Part shown: positions 50,391 through 64,000 of the stretch, piece by piece | Layout: each line of letters starts with the position of its first letter | Position numbering within the stretch: position 1 is the stretch's first letter | Assembly (NCBI GenBank): GCA_951406725.2 | Contig: OX597821.1 | Span: forward strand, 37,324,001-37,388,000 | Length of the DNA: 64,000 nucleotides | Source of the DNA: Octopus vulgaris | Taxonomy: Eukaryota | Direction: 5' to 3' | Notes under the pieces: generated by a model | Told to the model about the DNA's origin: nothing | What the model saw: only the letters and a program-made list of their open reading frames with translations | Database searches by the model: none | Translations under genes and position numbers: made by a program

Positions 50391-52589
50391 CGGGGGACCC
50401 TGTCAAAGCAAAACCCTCAAACAGTCTATCACAGCCATCCCACCCGAAGGAGATGCTACAGCATTGGCCTTTGTGTATTTGGGAAGAAAAAGAATGGAAA
50501 ATGCCCGATTGGTTTGAAGCGAACTCAAATGAATTGACCAGCATTCTAGCAGAAAAACGGGAAGCTGTAATCAAGCACAAACAGCCCCCTATATATAGCA
50601 GTACAGAAAGAGTGATAACATGATATGTAGTAATGGGTTCTGCTTTTATTAATTACAGGAGTGGAATAATACAGTAGATAGAAGAGTGATAGAGGGATTT
50701 GTGATAGGGAGATGAGTGTGGAAATAACAAATGTAGGCTTGACAGGGACATAGGAAAAAGACAAAATTGTATACATTATGTTTACAGAACCTCAGTTTTG
50801 GCATTTTGGGGATAGCAGAGTGGGTTTACTTGAGCACTGCATATCACCAATCATTTTAGTTCTTTGTCATTTTCTGTATGAGGCTTAACATCCTGAGATT
50901 AATCTTTACCACTTCATCTCATAACTTCCTTGGTCTCTCTCTCTCTCTTCCATAGGTTCCATTCACTGTAAGTAATTGGTACCTCTTTATGCAGATGTTT
51001 TCATCCATATGCCTTACACGACCATTCCAAAACTGTTTTCGCTCCTGCATACTGCATCTGATTCCTCTGATGCTCAGTTTTTCTTTCCACACACCGTACT
51101 CCACATTCATGTACACTTCTATTGCACACCCAAACAAGCATGCTGGCTTAACGTCTTTCTAGTCTTTGCAGTCAGGGTTTATATCTCACTATCATGTAGC
51201 ATTGCAGTTCATACGCAAGCATCATACAATCTGATATATATATTGTATATGTTTAGTTATTTTGTAGGATGAGTTCCAAATTTTCAAACTACAATATAGG
51301 CTTTAGGCTATACTAACTGATCAAAATGTCCTCATTGAATCTTGCTAATTTTAAGGATATAGCTGTAGTTCTGATATTGCCAACTCCCTACCACAATTGG
51401 CAGCATTTCAAAAATGTGGGGATGTGATTTTGAAAGCCTTCAAATAGCAAGAATTACTTTTCCTTACAGTTTTAATATTGATTATCGCTACAACAGATTC
51501 GTCTTTTTTCTGAATCTAGTTCAACAGGATGCAGTTACCTTTAATCTTTTGTTGGAATCTGGTTTAGATTTAGTACAATAAAGTGCAAGATACATATTTT
51601 GTGCCATTGCATAATGTATGGTCATATTCCTGTACCATACCAAGTGGCCACCAATAAGAATGTCATACCTCTTCATTTACCCGCCAGTCTCAGATCCCCT
51701 TTCTTTCACACCATATGTCTTGCAGTAATGCAATAATTATGTTCTTCGATAGTTTACAGCTATTAACTTCAAGGTTACTCCATGTCCTCTTCTTTTAGTT
51801 GGTAGTGCCATGATGGTGTCTTGTAATAGATCGTTTCTAATAATTTTATCCAACAAAATTCCAGGTCCAAAGTGAGAGATCTTACCTCTTCATAATCAAG
51901 CAGCAAAACTTGATGTGAAGTCAATGAATGGCTAACCTGAAGTCTGTGTGATTCCATACAATATTATCATATGCTGACTAAGCTTCCATTACCAATTAAT
52001 ACACACAGCTAAGAATTAAATATCAAAGGAAAATACCGTTATTAGTCGTTAGTTCAAGGTAAGAAAATTCTGATGTTAAAGAAAAGAAAAAAAATCAAAC
52101 AATTATTTCTTTGACATTTTCCTTAAGAAAGGAAATAATTCATCAATTATCTCCGAGAGTCTATCCCTCAATTAACGCCTTGTAAGTGGAACCTCGCTAC
52201 GGGGTGAGCAGGTAGCAGGAGAAATATTCATAGGAAGAACTCCTGTCAACCAAGTGTTAATAGTATATTTTCCTTCTAAATATATATTTCATACGAAATA
52301 CAATTTATTGACGGTTGTTTTAACTTGTAGTTTCTTGTAAGACGAATATATTTATAAACATTAAGTAGGCACCTTGTGAAATTGGGGCAAACTCGTTACT
52401 CTCTACCTCATAAATGATTGATTGCTACAGAAGTCTTGCGCCCATGACCTTGCTAGAGAAACATTCATTTAGAAGTTGAAACGTTTATAACGATTTGTTC
52501 TCTAGGGGAACTAACTCATGATAAATAATTTAAGAGTTACCTCCCTTGCCCCTATAATTGCAAGTCTTAGTAACGACACTATTTTCCTT

Positions 52590-52752
52590 TTCCTCGTCTG
52601 TCTTTGTGTTCTGAGTTCAAATTCCGCCGAGGTCGACTTTGCATTTCATCCTTTTGGGATTAATGAATTAAGTACCAGTTGTGTACTGGGATCACTCTAA
52701 TCGACTGGACCTCGCCCCCAAATTTCGGGCCTTGGGCCTAAAGTAGAAACGA
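52590..52752 (+). mobile_element. SINE family B-related fragment
   Basis: GAGTTCAAATTCCGCCGAGGTCGACTTTGC...AAGTACCAG core. Confidence 0.7.
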
Positions 52753-52940
52753 ATATTTTCCTTTTCCATAAAAGTGTATTTTCCCTTCGAATGGCATCGT
52801 TTTGAAGACTTCTGTAGCAAGCACTTATTATTATTTCTTTCACACAGTTCCACTCATCCGTAACGTATCACTTTGACAAATGTTTAAATATTAATTTCAC
52901 GCGAAATCATCGTAATTGGTGATATGATCGTCATTGAACT

Positions 52941-53473
52941 ATACATACATACACACACACATACACACATACATACATACATACATACATACATACACGC
53001 ATACATGCATGCATACTTACACACATGCATGCATGCGTGTATGCACACATGCATGTGTGTATGCATACATGCATGTATACATACATGCATACATGCATGC
53101 ATACATACATGCATGCATACATACATGCATACATACATGCATACATACATGCATTCATACATGCATACATGCATGCATACATACATGCACACATACATGC
53201 ATGCATACATACATGCACACATACATGCATACATGCATGCATGCATACATGTATGCATACATTCATGCATTCATACATACATGCATACATGCATACATGC
53301 ATGCATGCATGCATACATACATGCATGCATACATACATGTATGCATAAATACATGCATGCATACATGCATGCATACATGCATGCATACATACATGCATGC
53401 ATATATGCATGCATGAATACATACATGCATGCATGATACATACATACATACATACATACACACACATACATAC
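52941..53473. repeat. Compound (CATA/CATG/CACA)n satellite
   Basis: About 530 bp of tetranucleotide variants; source of the H/T/Y/M/C-rich spurious ORFs. Confidence 0.95.
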
Positions 53474-54412
53474 ATCAATGGCGATGTAGACAGGCTATAC
53501 CTCCGACGTAAGCATGGTGGCCATAGTCTTAAATTTGTGTTGATGTCATATGAGGCACGGATTGTGATTCGAAACAACATCTGCAGCAGAGGAATGAGAC
53601 CAGTAAGTATCTTGTCCAAGTTTGTGTCCACGAAACCAACAACATAATTAGGATAATGAAACTGAGGAGAGCTTGTATGAAATAAGAGCTGATACAAATC
53701 TCTCTCCAAGGAGCATTGGTTAAATCTATTTATCAGAACAGCAGAATGAGAAAATGGACCAGTTCACTGAGAAGTGATAGATGTCTACATCAAGAATCCA
53801 AGAACAAGAGATTCCCACCAATTACCTACAGAATAAAAGACAGAAAACGTTGACAGACAACAAATGTAAGCTTTGTAAGACCAAGCCTGAAGACATCAAC
53901 CACATTATTATTAACAGTGACAGTTGGTCTTCCAGATATTATTTTCTCCATGAGGCAACCAGAACAGTCTGGAACAGAGTAACGGACCTCCCCCCCCCCA
54001 AAAAAAAACCCCTACAGACGAAGCTGACCATTTTAAGACCAATTAGTCAAAAGAATATTGGTGGACCTTGAAAATTAAAATAGCCATGAAATTAAAACAC
54101 AATCAGTCAGATATCGTTGCGTGGGACCACAAAGAAAAGATGTATTCTGTAGTGGGGATCAGCTACCCACTGGACACAAATGTGGTTAGAAAAATACAAG
54201 AGAAAGAGAGCATATATAAACTATTGATAACGAGTTTGCAAATCCAGTACCAATTTTTATTGGAGCAACAGGATATATATTTATATCTACTCATCTGGAC
54301 CAAAGTGTGGCTGAACTTAGGATCTTAGGAAGAGAATACAAATCCTTAATTTATAAGCTACAAATGATCATGATATCTGGGATTCTAAAAGCCTGTAAGA
54401 CCTTCTTAAGAT
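53473..54412 (+). mobile_element. R4/Dong-like RLE LINE 3' fragment, decayed
   Basis: GDVDRLYLRRKHGG, CKLC..EDINHII zinc knuckle, HNQSDIV..D...VVGISYPLD RLE region. Confidence 0.75.
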
Positions 54413-56550
54413 TTAAACGATGAAGGTTAAAACAAGATGCAGTATCAGCACTTTGGGTCTACTCCATTTTTCTTTACATTGGATTTGTAGTTCTGGGTCA
54501 ATAAACTCTGATCTTGAGCAGCTAAGACAAAAGCCTTCACTCTCTGCCTTTAGCCCTGAGTTCCCTAGCCACAGATATGTGTGCTTTTGGTCTACATTAG
54601 CTTGTTTGCTACGGGCCACATATTTGCCATGCAGAGGATTTTGTTCCCACCTATCAGCCAATTGTTTAATCACTTTTTGCTTTGCCATTTATTTCACTTT
54701 CTTTGCAACAACGGTTGCCGCACTTCCATCGTGCTGTTCAATCTGGATATTAGGCATGAACTCATTAGTAAATTTTTTGCTCTCCTCCATGACAGAATGA
54801 AGCTTCTTACGTCTCTCGTGGTTTTTAACGAGTTATAACATCCAGTCGTTAGATGTTGCCAGATATTTTGTCAGCCCAATTCTGGTGGTTCTGTAAGAGA
54901 TTTCAAATTGGATCAAGCCTCGACCTCCTTGGGCTCTGGGAAGGTAAAAACGATCTGCGTTTGCTTTTGGGTGGTGCATCTTATAGCAAGTCTGCAGCTA
55001 ATGGATTTTCCTGTCAATCTTCCTTATTTCGCTCATATTCTAGTTCAACATGTTGAAAGTGTAAATAACCATTGGGACTGCTAAGGAATTTATGGCTAAC
55101 ACCTTGTTACGTGCATTTAACTCGGATTAACCTGTAACATTTCTTCCTGATCTTCTCTTTCATGCTTGCATGCTGAATACCAGAGCCCTCATTTATTCTG
55201 AGGTGTTTGTAAGTTTGTTCCTGGGTCAAGTTGTTTTATAACTGTGTCAACATCTAATACCACTGAATGTGAGGTCTTTAATTTCCCTTTCTAGAAAGTT
55301 GCCTCGGCACATTTATCGAGACCAAATTCTATCCTGATGTCATCACTAAATGCTTTCACAGTTCGCAATAAACCTTCAAGCTCATTAACATCTTTGACGT
55401 AGAGTTTTAAGTCATCTATATAAACTAGATGGCTTATTTTCTTGTCATCAGTTTTATACCCATATCCTGTTCTGTTCACTTGTAAGGAGTATTAAGGCTA
55501 TGCAAAAAATTAAAAGTGACAGTAAGTCACCTTGGAAAATGCTGCAGTTGATATTAATATTGTTTGTGGTCAGTACTTCATTAGAGTGGTATAATTGGAG
55601 ATTCGTATTTCACACTGACATATCGTGCTTCAGGAAGTTTGAAATCACAAGAGAAATTTTGAAAATATCCAACGATTTCAAGATTCATGAATGTGGTATG
55701 CTGTCAAAGTCCTTTTTATAATCAACCCATGCGTGACTGAGATTTCTGCGTTTGTTATGACAGTTCTCAAGGATCACGCAATTAATTAAGAGTTGGTCTT
55801 TGCATTCATATGAACCTCGTTGGCACCCTTTTTCTTCAGTGGGGAAAATATCGTTCTGTTCCATAAATTTGTATGTTTTCTCCACGAAGATGGATGTTAA
55901 AATTTTATACGTGGTAGACAGAGATATTATGGGCCGATAGTTTTTGGGAAATTTGGTTTCATTATTCCTCGGGAGTGCTAACCAGTCAGGTGTTTTCTTA
56001 AGATCTCAAATAATTTCATTAAATAACTGAACTAACTTTCCGTGTGCACAAGGGGGCGATGTGAGGCAGAAATTTGGCACCCTATTATTACCAGGGGATT
56101 TCCATTTATGGGCCTTCTTGAGTGTCATCCTCACGTCTTCTATTGCAATGTCTTCCCATGCTTGTTCTGGTAAATTTTGGTAGGATCCTTCTGTGCATAT
56201 AATCCAATCTGAGTTTTCATTGAATTTTTTTTTCCTCACACCAGATATCTTTTCAAAAGTTTTCAACTTCTTCCATGGGAGGGAAATCTTCAACTGTTAT
56301 TTTCTCATTCCCTAATTTCTGTAGAATGTTTTCACATTGGATGCAAGCAGCTTAGTTTGCTTGCAAAACTTGTTTCTCTTCTCTTTATATTCTTCCAGCT
56401 TTTGCTTGGAATTTTGGTTGCAGTGTTTCTTTTGCTGAAAGCAGTTCTTCTTTTGGAGAGAATCTATATTTTCTCTTCATCTCTCTTCCTTTTCTGAATT
56501 TTACATTGTTTTCACAAATTAATTTAATATTGATATTTCATACGCATAAC
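54413..56550 (-). mobile_element. R4/Dong-like LINE, decayed RT region
   Basis: WKSPG, NYRPI, GC.RGS..CKDQLLIN, AWVDYKK.FDSIPH, ISHLVYIDDLKLY, FGLDKC, HHPKA..DR.YLPR..GGRGL, WEQNPLHGKY. Confidence 0.88.
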
Positions 56551-57041
56551 AGATTAGACTGTTGGAAAAGAAAACTTCCTAATATGGGCTACAAGTGACC
56601 CTAAAAGCAAAGAACCCTCCAAAGCAGTTTGCTTGTCTTTAATAATACTGCTTTCTGGAGCGGCACTAAACTAGGTTTTATGGCTTTTTTCTCTATCTAT
56701 CTGTTCACTTCTCTAGGGATTTTTCCTAAATCATCTATGAATGCACTTTACCCTCACTTTCCATAGCCTTTATAACTCAATGGCTAGATTCTGGTAATTT
56801 AATATTTTCTCTATACCTCTCAAGTTGACTTTTCCAGCAGGCTACCGACGCACAACTGCATCCTTATACCTTGAACAAGGGAGCTAATGTTTCCACTCAG
56901 CCTTAAACAGTACCCACGGACCATGGTTTCTGATTTATTTCTCATTACCACAGGATAACCGTTGACTCGAAATGGCAGCACTAAGTCTTGTTCGAGGTAT
57001 ATACTTTTAAAGTGGCACACACACAGACACCCACACACACA

Positions 57042-57226
<185 letters not shown>

Positions 57227-59171
57227 ACAAATATTCTATGCATTTTAATACACAGAGTTAATATACTTACTATTTGAGTATTTACTGTACAAATGACTCC
57301 ATTTGTGTCAGTTGAAACTTGGTACATCATCAGGGGTAAAATGCTTTTGAGCTAGCGTTTATATTCCTTTGCATACACCATTGAAATTAGCAAAATGACC
57401 AACAAATAAAAACAAAGAAAACAGAAAAATAATAAACAGTAATGATATAGGAATGTATATACACCACCCCTAACCCTCCCACCACTCGTGCACAAGTACA
57501 TATGTATAGAAAATGTTACTTTATGTATTCAAATTTATATTTTCCAAGTAAATTTGTTCTATACTTAACCTCTTGCACCCATATTTAAATATGTAGAACC
57601 AGACAATAGCTTCTATTACATTGGAAACATACTCTCAATGCAGAATTTGGTTCAGTTATTTTGCTATTTATTTTGTCTTGATTCACAGCAGGCTTGTCAT
57701 TTTCATTGTTTAAAAAAATTGCACAGTAAATAATAGAAAATGCCATTAAAGAAATACGATGTATATTTGAAACAAATATATGAATAAAAACTAACTTGGT
57801 AAATAAATGACATCACATAAAAATATTATTTTCTACATTATTGATTTTAATTGTAGATGAAACCAGAAATAATTTTTTTGCTTTTTACTTCCTTTAATGC
57901 AAAATAGAAAGCCATGATGTATATGACAAATATACTTCTACGACTTTTTTCCTTTTATTTCTTTTATTACTAAAAGGTTTGAGATTATTAAAGTGCATCA
58001 GCTTTAAGATTGTGTCTAAAAATTATTCTAATTTCCATCGTCTATTTCGACTGGAATGGCTCCTCAACATTTTAACTGTTTTCAGAAAAGCCAAAACAAA
58101 GTAATACAAAACGGAAACAGTAATAAATCAATATTTTTTGGAGTAAATTTTGATTATTCCTGTCTTATTAGAGACTTTATTTCTTTTCTCATTCATAGAT
58201 GTCTTCAGTTTTTTTTTTTTTTTTACTAAATCTTCCTCTTTTATATTAATAATTTCTCACGCAAAAAGCCATTATATTTCCGTTTCCTTTTCTACAAACA
58301 AACGAAGCAGTTTTTTGCTTTCTTCTGTCTGCTCTCTATCCTACTATCATATTATCAATTATATTTCTGCCAGTATTTTCAGCAATACCAAAACAGTCTC
58401 TTCAAAGTCTCCTTTCAAAATTCAATTCTTTTTAAAATGGTTCATATCAAAATATTTAAAAAGATTAACATCTTTTATTACGTATAACACACACACACAC
58501 ACACACACATTTATATATAATGCAGATGTGCAAATATATCTACAGTATTTTCAGGTGTTTAGAAATGTCATTCTATTTTGAATATAAACTTCTCTATAAG
58601 CTCTCTGTTGTGTGGTTTTCCTCAATATATGACTGATATTTAAACAGTTTAAAAGAGAAATCGAATGAGGTTCTGACTGCGCTGTAGCCGAGTGAGACTT
58701 TGTGAAGTCAAAACGCAATTTTTCATTTGTTAAACACGTATTGTCTGTCTAGGAGTTGAGTAAAGCTGGAAATGGTGTATTATAGAGAATAAATTCATTT
58801 ACATATTCCTAGTGTATCACATAATTTGTTCCACACATGTGCATTCATGACTGTACAATTAAGAATTCAACCTTGCAAACATTGTTTTAATTTCAGTTTC
58901 TCTGCCCTGCGAGTCAAATTTGGTGTACAGAAACTATTCTACATATACACATTTATATAAATACTAGCTGGTAAAACGTAGGCATGTGTGATAATAATTT
59001 TAATTAATTGAACCTGAAAAAGTGTAAGACAAGAAGTCAAATGTACAAGTGCACCTCGTTCTTCAGTGTCTAACTCCCCTATGTAGAAAATTCTGTATGG
59101 AACTGCCTATATTTAAGCCATATAAGATAAAAATAAGGTTGATAATGGGAGGGAGTTGAAGTACTCATCTA

Positions 59172-59290
59172 CGAGGGGTGTTCATTAAAGGTTGCCCCTG
59201 ATCCACTTTACAAGGAGTGGGTTAAACGAAACTTGGCATAATTATTAGTCCTTGGGGACACACTTCTTCCATCGCTTTATGCAGCTGTGA
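59172..59290 (-). mobile_element. mariner-like end fragment
   Basis: TA|CGAGGGGTGTTCA terminal sequence; the minus strand encodes RWKKCV, a mariner C-terminal motif. Confidence 0.55.
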
Positions 59291-59599
59291 AGAACTTGTC
59301 TGTAGATGGTCGTGTCCGGACGGGTAAATTAAAGAAAAAAAAACCTATAAAAACTAAATTAACCAAAAAGGGTTTTCCACATTAAAAATACCATTGAAAG
59401 ATTTTTATTACCAAGAAAAAGATCTTATGTATATTTACATAATTATTCTATTGCAAGAAATAGAATAAATATAAAGATTCCTCAAATTTGTATAAATTTG
59501 ACAGAAACTTATAACTTTGTTTACTTTCTTTATAATCAGTATGCCTTTTATATTAAATAAAAATGATAAGGAAAAGTGACAATTGAAAAATATGAAATA

Positions 59600-60640
59600 T
59601 AAATGAAAAAAAAAAGTCCTTAAGAGCCTTGTCAGTGGTTCTTCTCTCTACTGAGAAGAGTATCCTTGGGGGCGGAGAAAATACTTTGGTGATCTAAATC
59701 TGGTCATGATAACATTTTCTGGTGGACATGAGGTGCATCTAGGGGCGAAGACCACTCTCACAGAGGCTGAAGTCATACAAGTGTTTAAAGCGCTTAAATG
59801 TGGCAAGGCTACAGAGGAAGATGAAAACTGGCCTGAGATATTAAAAGCTTAAAAATAGAGACAGTACTCTCTGAGTGACTCGTCTCTGCCAGGTGGCTGG
59901 GACCTCTGGAAAGACACTAAAGCAACGTTAATCTGGAGTGATAATCCCAATTTTCAAAAAGGGAGATAAGAATGAGTGATCATATATAGAAATCTCCTTA
60001 TTTAACTGCCTTGGTAAAGTCTATGGTAGGTGATTGGAAAAGAGATGTAGGGAAATTGTTACTCCGAAGCTAACTGAGAAGAGTCTTGCTTCCGTCCTAG
60101 ATGCTGCACAACCAACCAGATATTCGAGAAAAAGTAGGAATATTGTCAAGCAGTGGACACTTGCTTTGTTGAGTTCGAAAAGGCAAATGACTGCATGCAC
60201 TAGGACATGCTATAGAGGGTTTTGCAGGCGTTTGGGATTAATGGGTAACTACTTGTTATTGTGAAGTCCATTTATGAATGTCCAGCTGTCTGTATTTGGG
60301 TAAATGATGCTATGTTGAAATCTTTCAACGTGGGTAGAGGTATGTATTGTCACCTCGACTTTTCATAATTTTTATGAACTAGACTAACATCCGCGGCTGT
60401 TGTGGAAGTGGTACCCCAGCTGGTGGGTGTGGTAGCCATTTGGCTGATATTTGCAGACAACGTGGTGCTACTTAGCTCATGAGAAGGTGATTTCCAGCAA
60501 GCGCTGAATAGGTTCGCTATAGAGTGTTGTAAGGCAGAGATGAAAATTAGTTGTAATTAGAGAATTAGTGAATAATGAGACATTGATACTCTGAAGAAAG
60601 CCTTCCAATAGCACTCAGTATGTTAGAAGAACATCATTGA
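59600..60640 (+). mobile_element. Highly decayed RTE-like RT fragment
   Basis: Remnants read GKATEEDE..PEILK, VIIPIFKKGD, LGKVY and IFADNVVL across stops. Confidence 0.65.
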
Positions 60641-60899
60641 GACGCAAAGAAGAATTATGCGTATGGGGTTTGAAGACCAACTCCACGCCACATAAAGTCA
60701 AGTGAAAAATCGTCCATGCCATAGGTTAATAGATCTAAAAAACAGAAGTTATGCATAGCTGAAAGATCACATATCCTTTTTAGGCCTAAGAATTTCACCG
60801 TACTGCTGAATTCCAGATAAAAAATTTTCATCAAATGGGTAAGTTCCTTTTGGCGAATGGGAAAACACCACCCTCTCTGAATTGTCTTGGTGTCCCATA

Positions 60900-63141
60900 A
60901 TCTTAATGACAGGTAGAACAGTTTGGTTCTCAATCTGTATCCACCATGTGTGAAAATCTCCGGGGAGATGTCTGGACCAGGAGAGTTTTCAAGTTTTTTT
61001 CATTCGATGGTTTTCATGAATTCCTGGAATGATGGAGGAAAGGCCATCCATAGTTTGACAGGTCGCTGCAGAGTATTTCTCAAAAGGTCTTCTGGGGTTT
61101 GAGATTGGTTGTTCAGCAGAAGATGGAAATGTTCTTTCCAATGATGCATGATCTCTTCTGTGGTGAGGATTTGGCCGTCAGCAGTTTTCAAGGCACCAGT
61201 AGATGACCTGATGGGGCTGAAAATCTTCTTGGTCCCTGTATAAAAGCGATGCATGTTTCCTTGGTCTGCATAGCCCTGGAGTTCAACAGCCTTCGCTTGC
61301 CACCAGGAATTCTGGATCTCTCTGAGGCGCCTTTGGTACATCTGCACTTCTTGTTTGAGGCATTTCTTGTTACTTCTCTTCGGATGGTTTTTGAAAGCAA
61401 TACGTGCTACTCTTTTCTTACTGATCAGATGTTCAATCTCTTCACTGTTTTCAGTTTTGGTTCTGGCACTTTGAGTAGCCGAGGACCTCATCTGCAGCAG
61501 ATGTTATAGCGTCACGCAGAGTGTTACAATCATTTGGTGAAAGATTCCCCTTCTGCCTTTCCTTCAAATGTTGGTTAACTGCTTCTTGGAAGACTTGGGA
61601 CGTTCCTGAGTCCTTCAATTTGTGACAGTCATACCTCGGTTTGCGCTTTTGAGTATTGGAGTACCGAGGGGTAGATGGATGGAAAAGTTGAGACGAGAGA
61701 TCACAAGTCGGTGATCGGTCCAGCAATCATCAGTGTCCAGCAAGGGTATGGTGATCCCCACGTCCTTGTCTTAGATCCTTGCCAACACATAATTCGACAT
61801 GTGCCATCGTTTTGACCTCAGATGTTGTCAGGTTGTTTTGTGGTGGATTGGAAGATGGATGAAGATGTTTGTAATCATCAGGATGTTTTCTACACAGGGC
61901 CCAAGGATGATGATGATGATGAGGAGGAGGAGGAGGAGTCTATTGGCGTTGCAGTTTCCAATCTCGTATTTTCCGAGGACGCCTTGCTTGAAATGATGAT
62001 CATGACTGACTCGGGCGTTGAAACCGTGAAGGATGATCAGTTTATCGTTTCATGGAATGGCTCAGATGGTAGCGTTGAGAAAGTCGTAGGAAGCATTTTT
62101 ATTTCCTCATCTGAGTCTAGAGTTGGACCATAGACTGAGGGCAGCATAAAATAAGCATTGTTGAGAAGCGAATTCAGGTGGTCATCAGATGTTCGGTTCT
62201 TGATATTGGGGCCAGGTTGTGTTTCTTGGTCAGGTCGGTTTTGATGGCAAGTCCGATGCCATGGATGCGAGGTTCATTGGCATCATATCCTTTCCAAAAG
62301 AACGTGTAGCCAACTTCTTTCATGCTGCCGTCACTAGGAAAACGAGTTTCACCCAGAGTGGCTACGTCAATGCTGAAGCGTGCAAGTTCTTGGGAAACAA
62401 GCATGGTACACATTTCAGGTTGGTTTGTGGTTTGCATGTCCATCAAAGTTCTCACATTCCACGCTCCCCAAGATAGAGAATAGGATCGAAATTTTCTGCC
62501 ATCGAGATGGGTGTCCGCCGGTTGCAGTAAACCAACCAGATGCAATGAGCAGCAACCGATGTTTACCTTACTTTTTCTATGGATTTACCTGTACAGGTAG
62601 GACTGCTGTGCTTCTAAATAGGCCATCCCTGACACGTACACAGCTGCCGAAGTACAGCGTCATCACTACTTCACGGAGAAAACGACCATCACATGCACGT
62701 CACCAATGTGTGTTCACGAGCTAGAAGCTTCTAGCGTACCAAACCTGCTTCCGTTTCCCACGGGGACATCGCCATTGAACTTGAAGAAAAGGTAGAGAGC
62801 ATCATACAAGGTTCTGATGGGCCGCTTGTGTGATTATTATTAGGGTAGATGACAGTTCGCGAAACCAGTGCCCACACACTTCGCTCTAAGGCGTCCTCTG
62901 CGGTTCGTCATGTAGTTGAAACGGGTGGTCTTGAAACAATGCTCGCCATGACACCAGCCCGAACGGCAGTACTAGAGCTCCTTCAGCCTACAATTTCAAC
63001 GTTCTTGATAGGCCTTCACTGTTACCATAGCTGTCCAGGGTCATCAAAGGCCCAACCGTACTTCAACCTTGCCAAGCGCCCTACATCTTTTGCGTTTCCC
63101 AAGATCCACGATTAGGACATTGGAGTTGGGATTTGGACCCC
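60900..63141 (-). mobile_element. RTE (BovB-like) LINE 5' portion: 5'UTR, APE endonuclease, linker
   Basis: GAWNVRTL, ELAR..IDVA.L.ETR, GYTFFW.G, HGIGLAI, WHMSNYV, WWQAKA.ELQ.YAD, WKEHF..LLN, KNSPGPD; many stops and frameshifts. Confidence 0.88.
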
Positions 63142-63151
63142 CTCTCTATAT

Positions 63152-63155
<4 letters not shown>

Positions 63156-63224
<69 letters not shown>
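63156..63224. repeat. (GA)n microsatellite
   Basis: Directly visible; abuts the 5' end of the RTE element. Confidence 0.95.
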
Positions 63225-63227
<3 letters not shown>

Positions 63228-64000
63228 TGTGGTCAGAATTTTGGAAAAAATCTTTTTATTTCTTAATTATTATTAGCGCTTTCGTTCGTTTCTCAAACTT
63301 GTCAAAATTTTGTGAATGTACAAACAGCTTGTTCATTTATATAAAACAGATGATTTTTTAGGTTTTGTTTAGAAGAAGAGAACATTGTTTTTTTGGGGGT
63401 GAGGTTCCATTGATAATGGTGATTGATAGATAGAAATATAGGTAGGTAGAGAGGCTGATAGATAGATAGATAGATAGATAGTCAGACAGATAAATAGGTG
63501 GAGAGAGAGGGAGAGAGAAAGAGAGAGAGAGGGAGAGAGAGAGAAGGGGATCTTCCTTCCAATTCCCCATTTATTTATTTATTTATTTATTTAGTCATTT
63601 GCCATTGTATTGGAATGGGTTTAAGGATGGCGACCTCTTCAGAAAAATGCTTCTTCCTACTTTTTTCCTCTTTCTTTTTCTCCTTTTTTGAGTTATATTT
63701 AGAATACACAATGTACTGTCTCCCTTTTTCTTTCAGACATTCAATTTTGGAGAGAATTTTTTGATGAAATGTAGTTCCATTGATTTTCGGTATTGCGGAT
63801 TGTCCCGTGCACATTTGTGAAAGGGAAAAAAATTTCTAATTTTCCATCGCTGCATATTTCCAGATGGAATTTTGCACAATTCCTCTTGTCGGCTATATTG
63901 CCCGTAGATTCTTGCACGTTGGCAGAGGGAATTACTTGTTTCGCCAATGTGATTTTCTTTGCAGTTTGGGAAGGTAATGCAATATATGAGATTTTGCGTT

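Noticed and set aside
52884-53709. Long His/Thr/Tyr/Met/Cys-rich ORFs on both strands
   Set aside because: Translation of the (CATA/CATG)n satellite. The same applies to ORFs over the (TA)n, (GATA)n and (GA)n tracts at 44334-44736, 56820-57330 and 63069-63570.
63587-63947. Overlapping minus-strand ORFs at the right edge
   Set aside because: No recognisable domain or convincing splice signals.

Overview
Eukaryotic (metazoan), AT-rich, repeat-dense DNA. The SINE/RTE repertoire looks like an octopus (coleoid cephalopod) genome; this is an inference from recognised repeat sequences and was not searched. There are two host genes, both on the minus strand. (1) A complete INTS6 (Integrator subunit 6) gene has 19 coding exons that I assembled by hand (41848->13335; 2613 nt, 870 aa; all phases consistent; one GC-AG intron). 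(2) The first coding exon (MALSDADVQKQ|GTAAGT) of a V-ATPase V1 subunit E gene lies at 6705->6673, with CLEAR-type E-boxes upstream. Everything else recognisable is transposon-derived: tRNA-derived SINEs, RTE, CR1/L2, R4/Dong-like and HERO-like LINE fragments, Tc1/mariner relics, a Helitron, piggyBac-like and Mutator-like MITEs, and microsatellites. The most unusual structures are: a 338-bp RLE-type retroelement fragment flanked by a perfect 122-bp target-site duplication; a 339-bp, ~98% identical inverted duplication fused to a LINE 5' junction; a PHD-type (C4HC3) finger embedded in an RTE reverse transcriptase; and a degenerate HDV-like ribozyme fold at the 5' end of an RTE element. No database searches or folding programs were run. 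Homologue comparisons are from memory.
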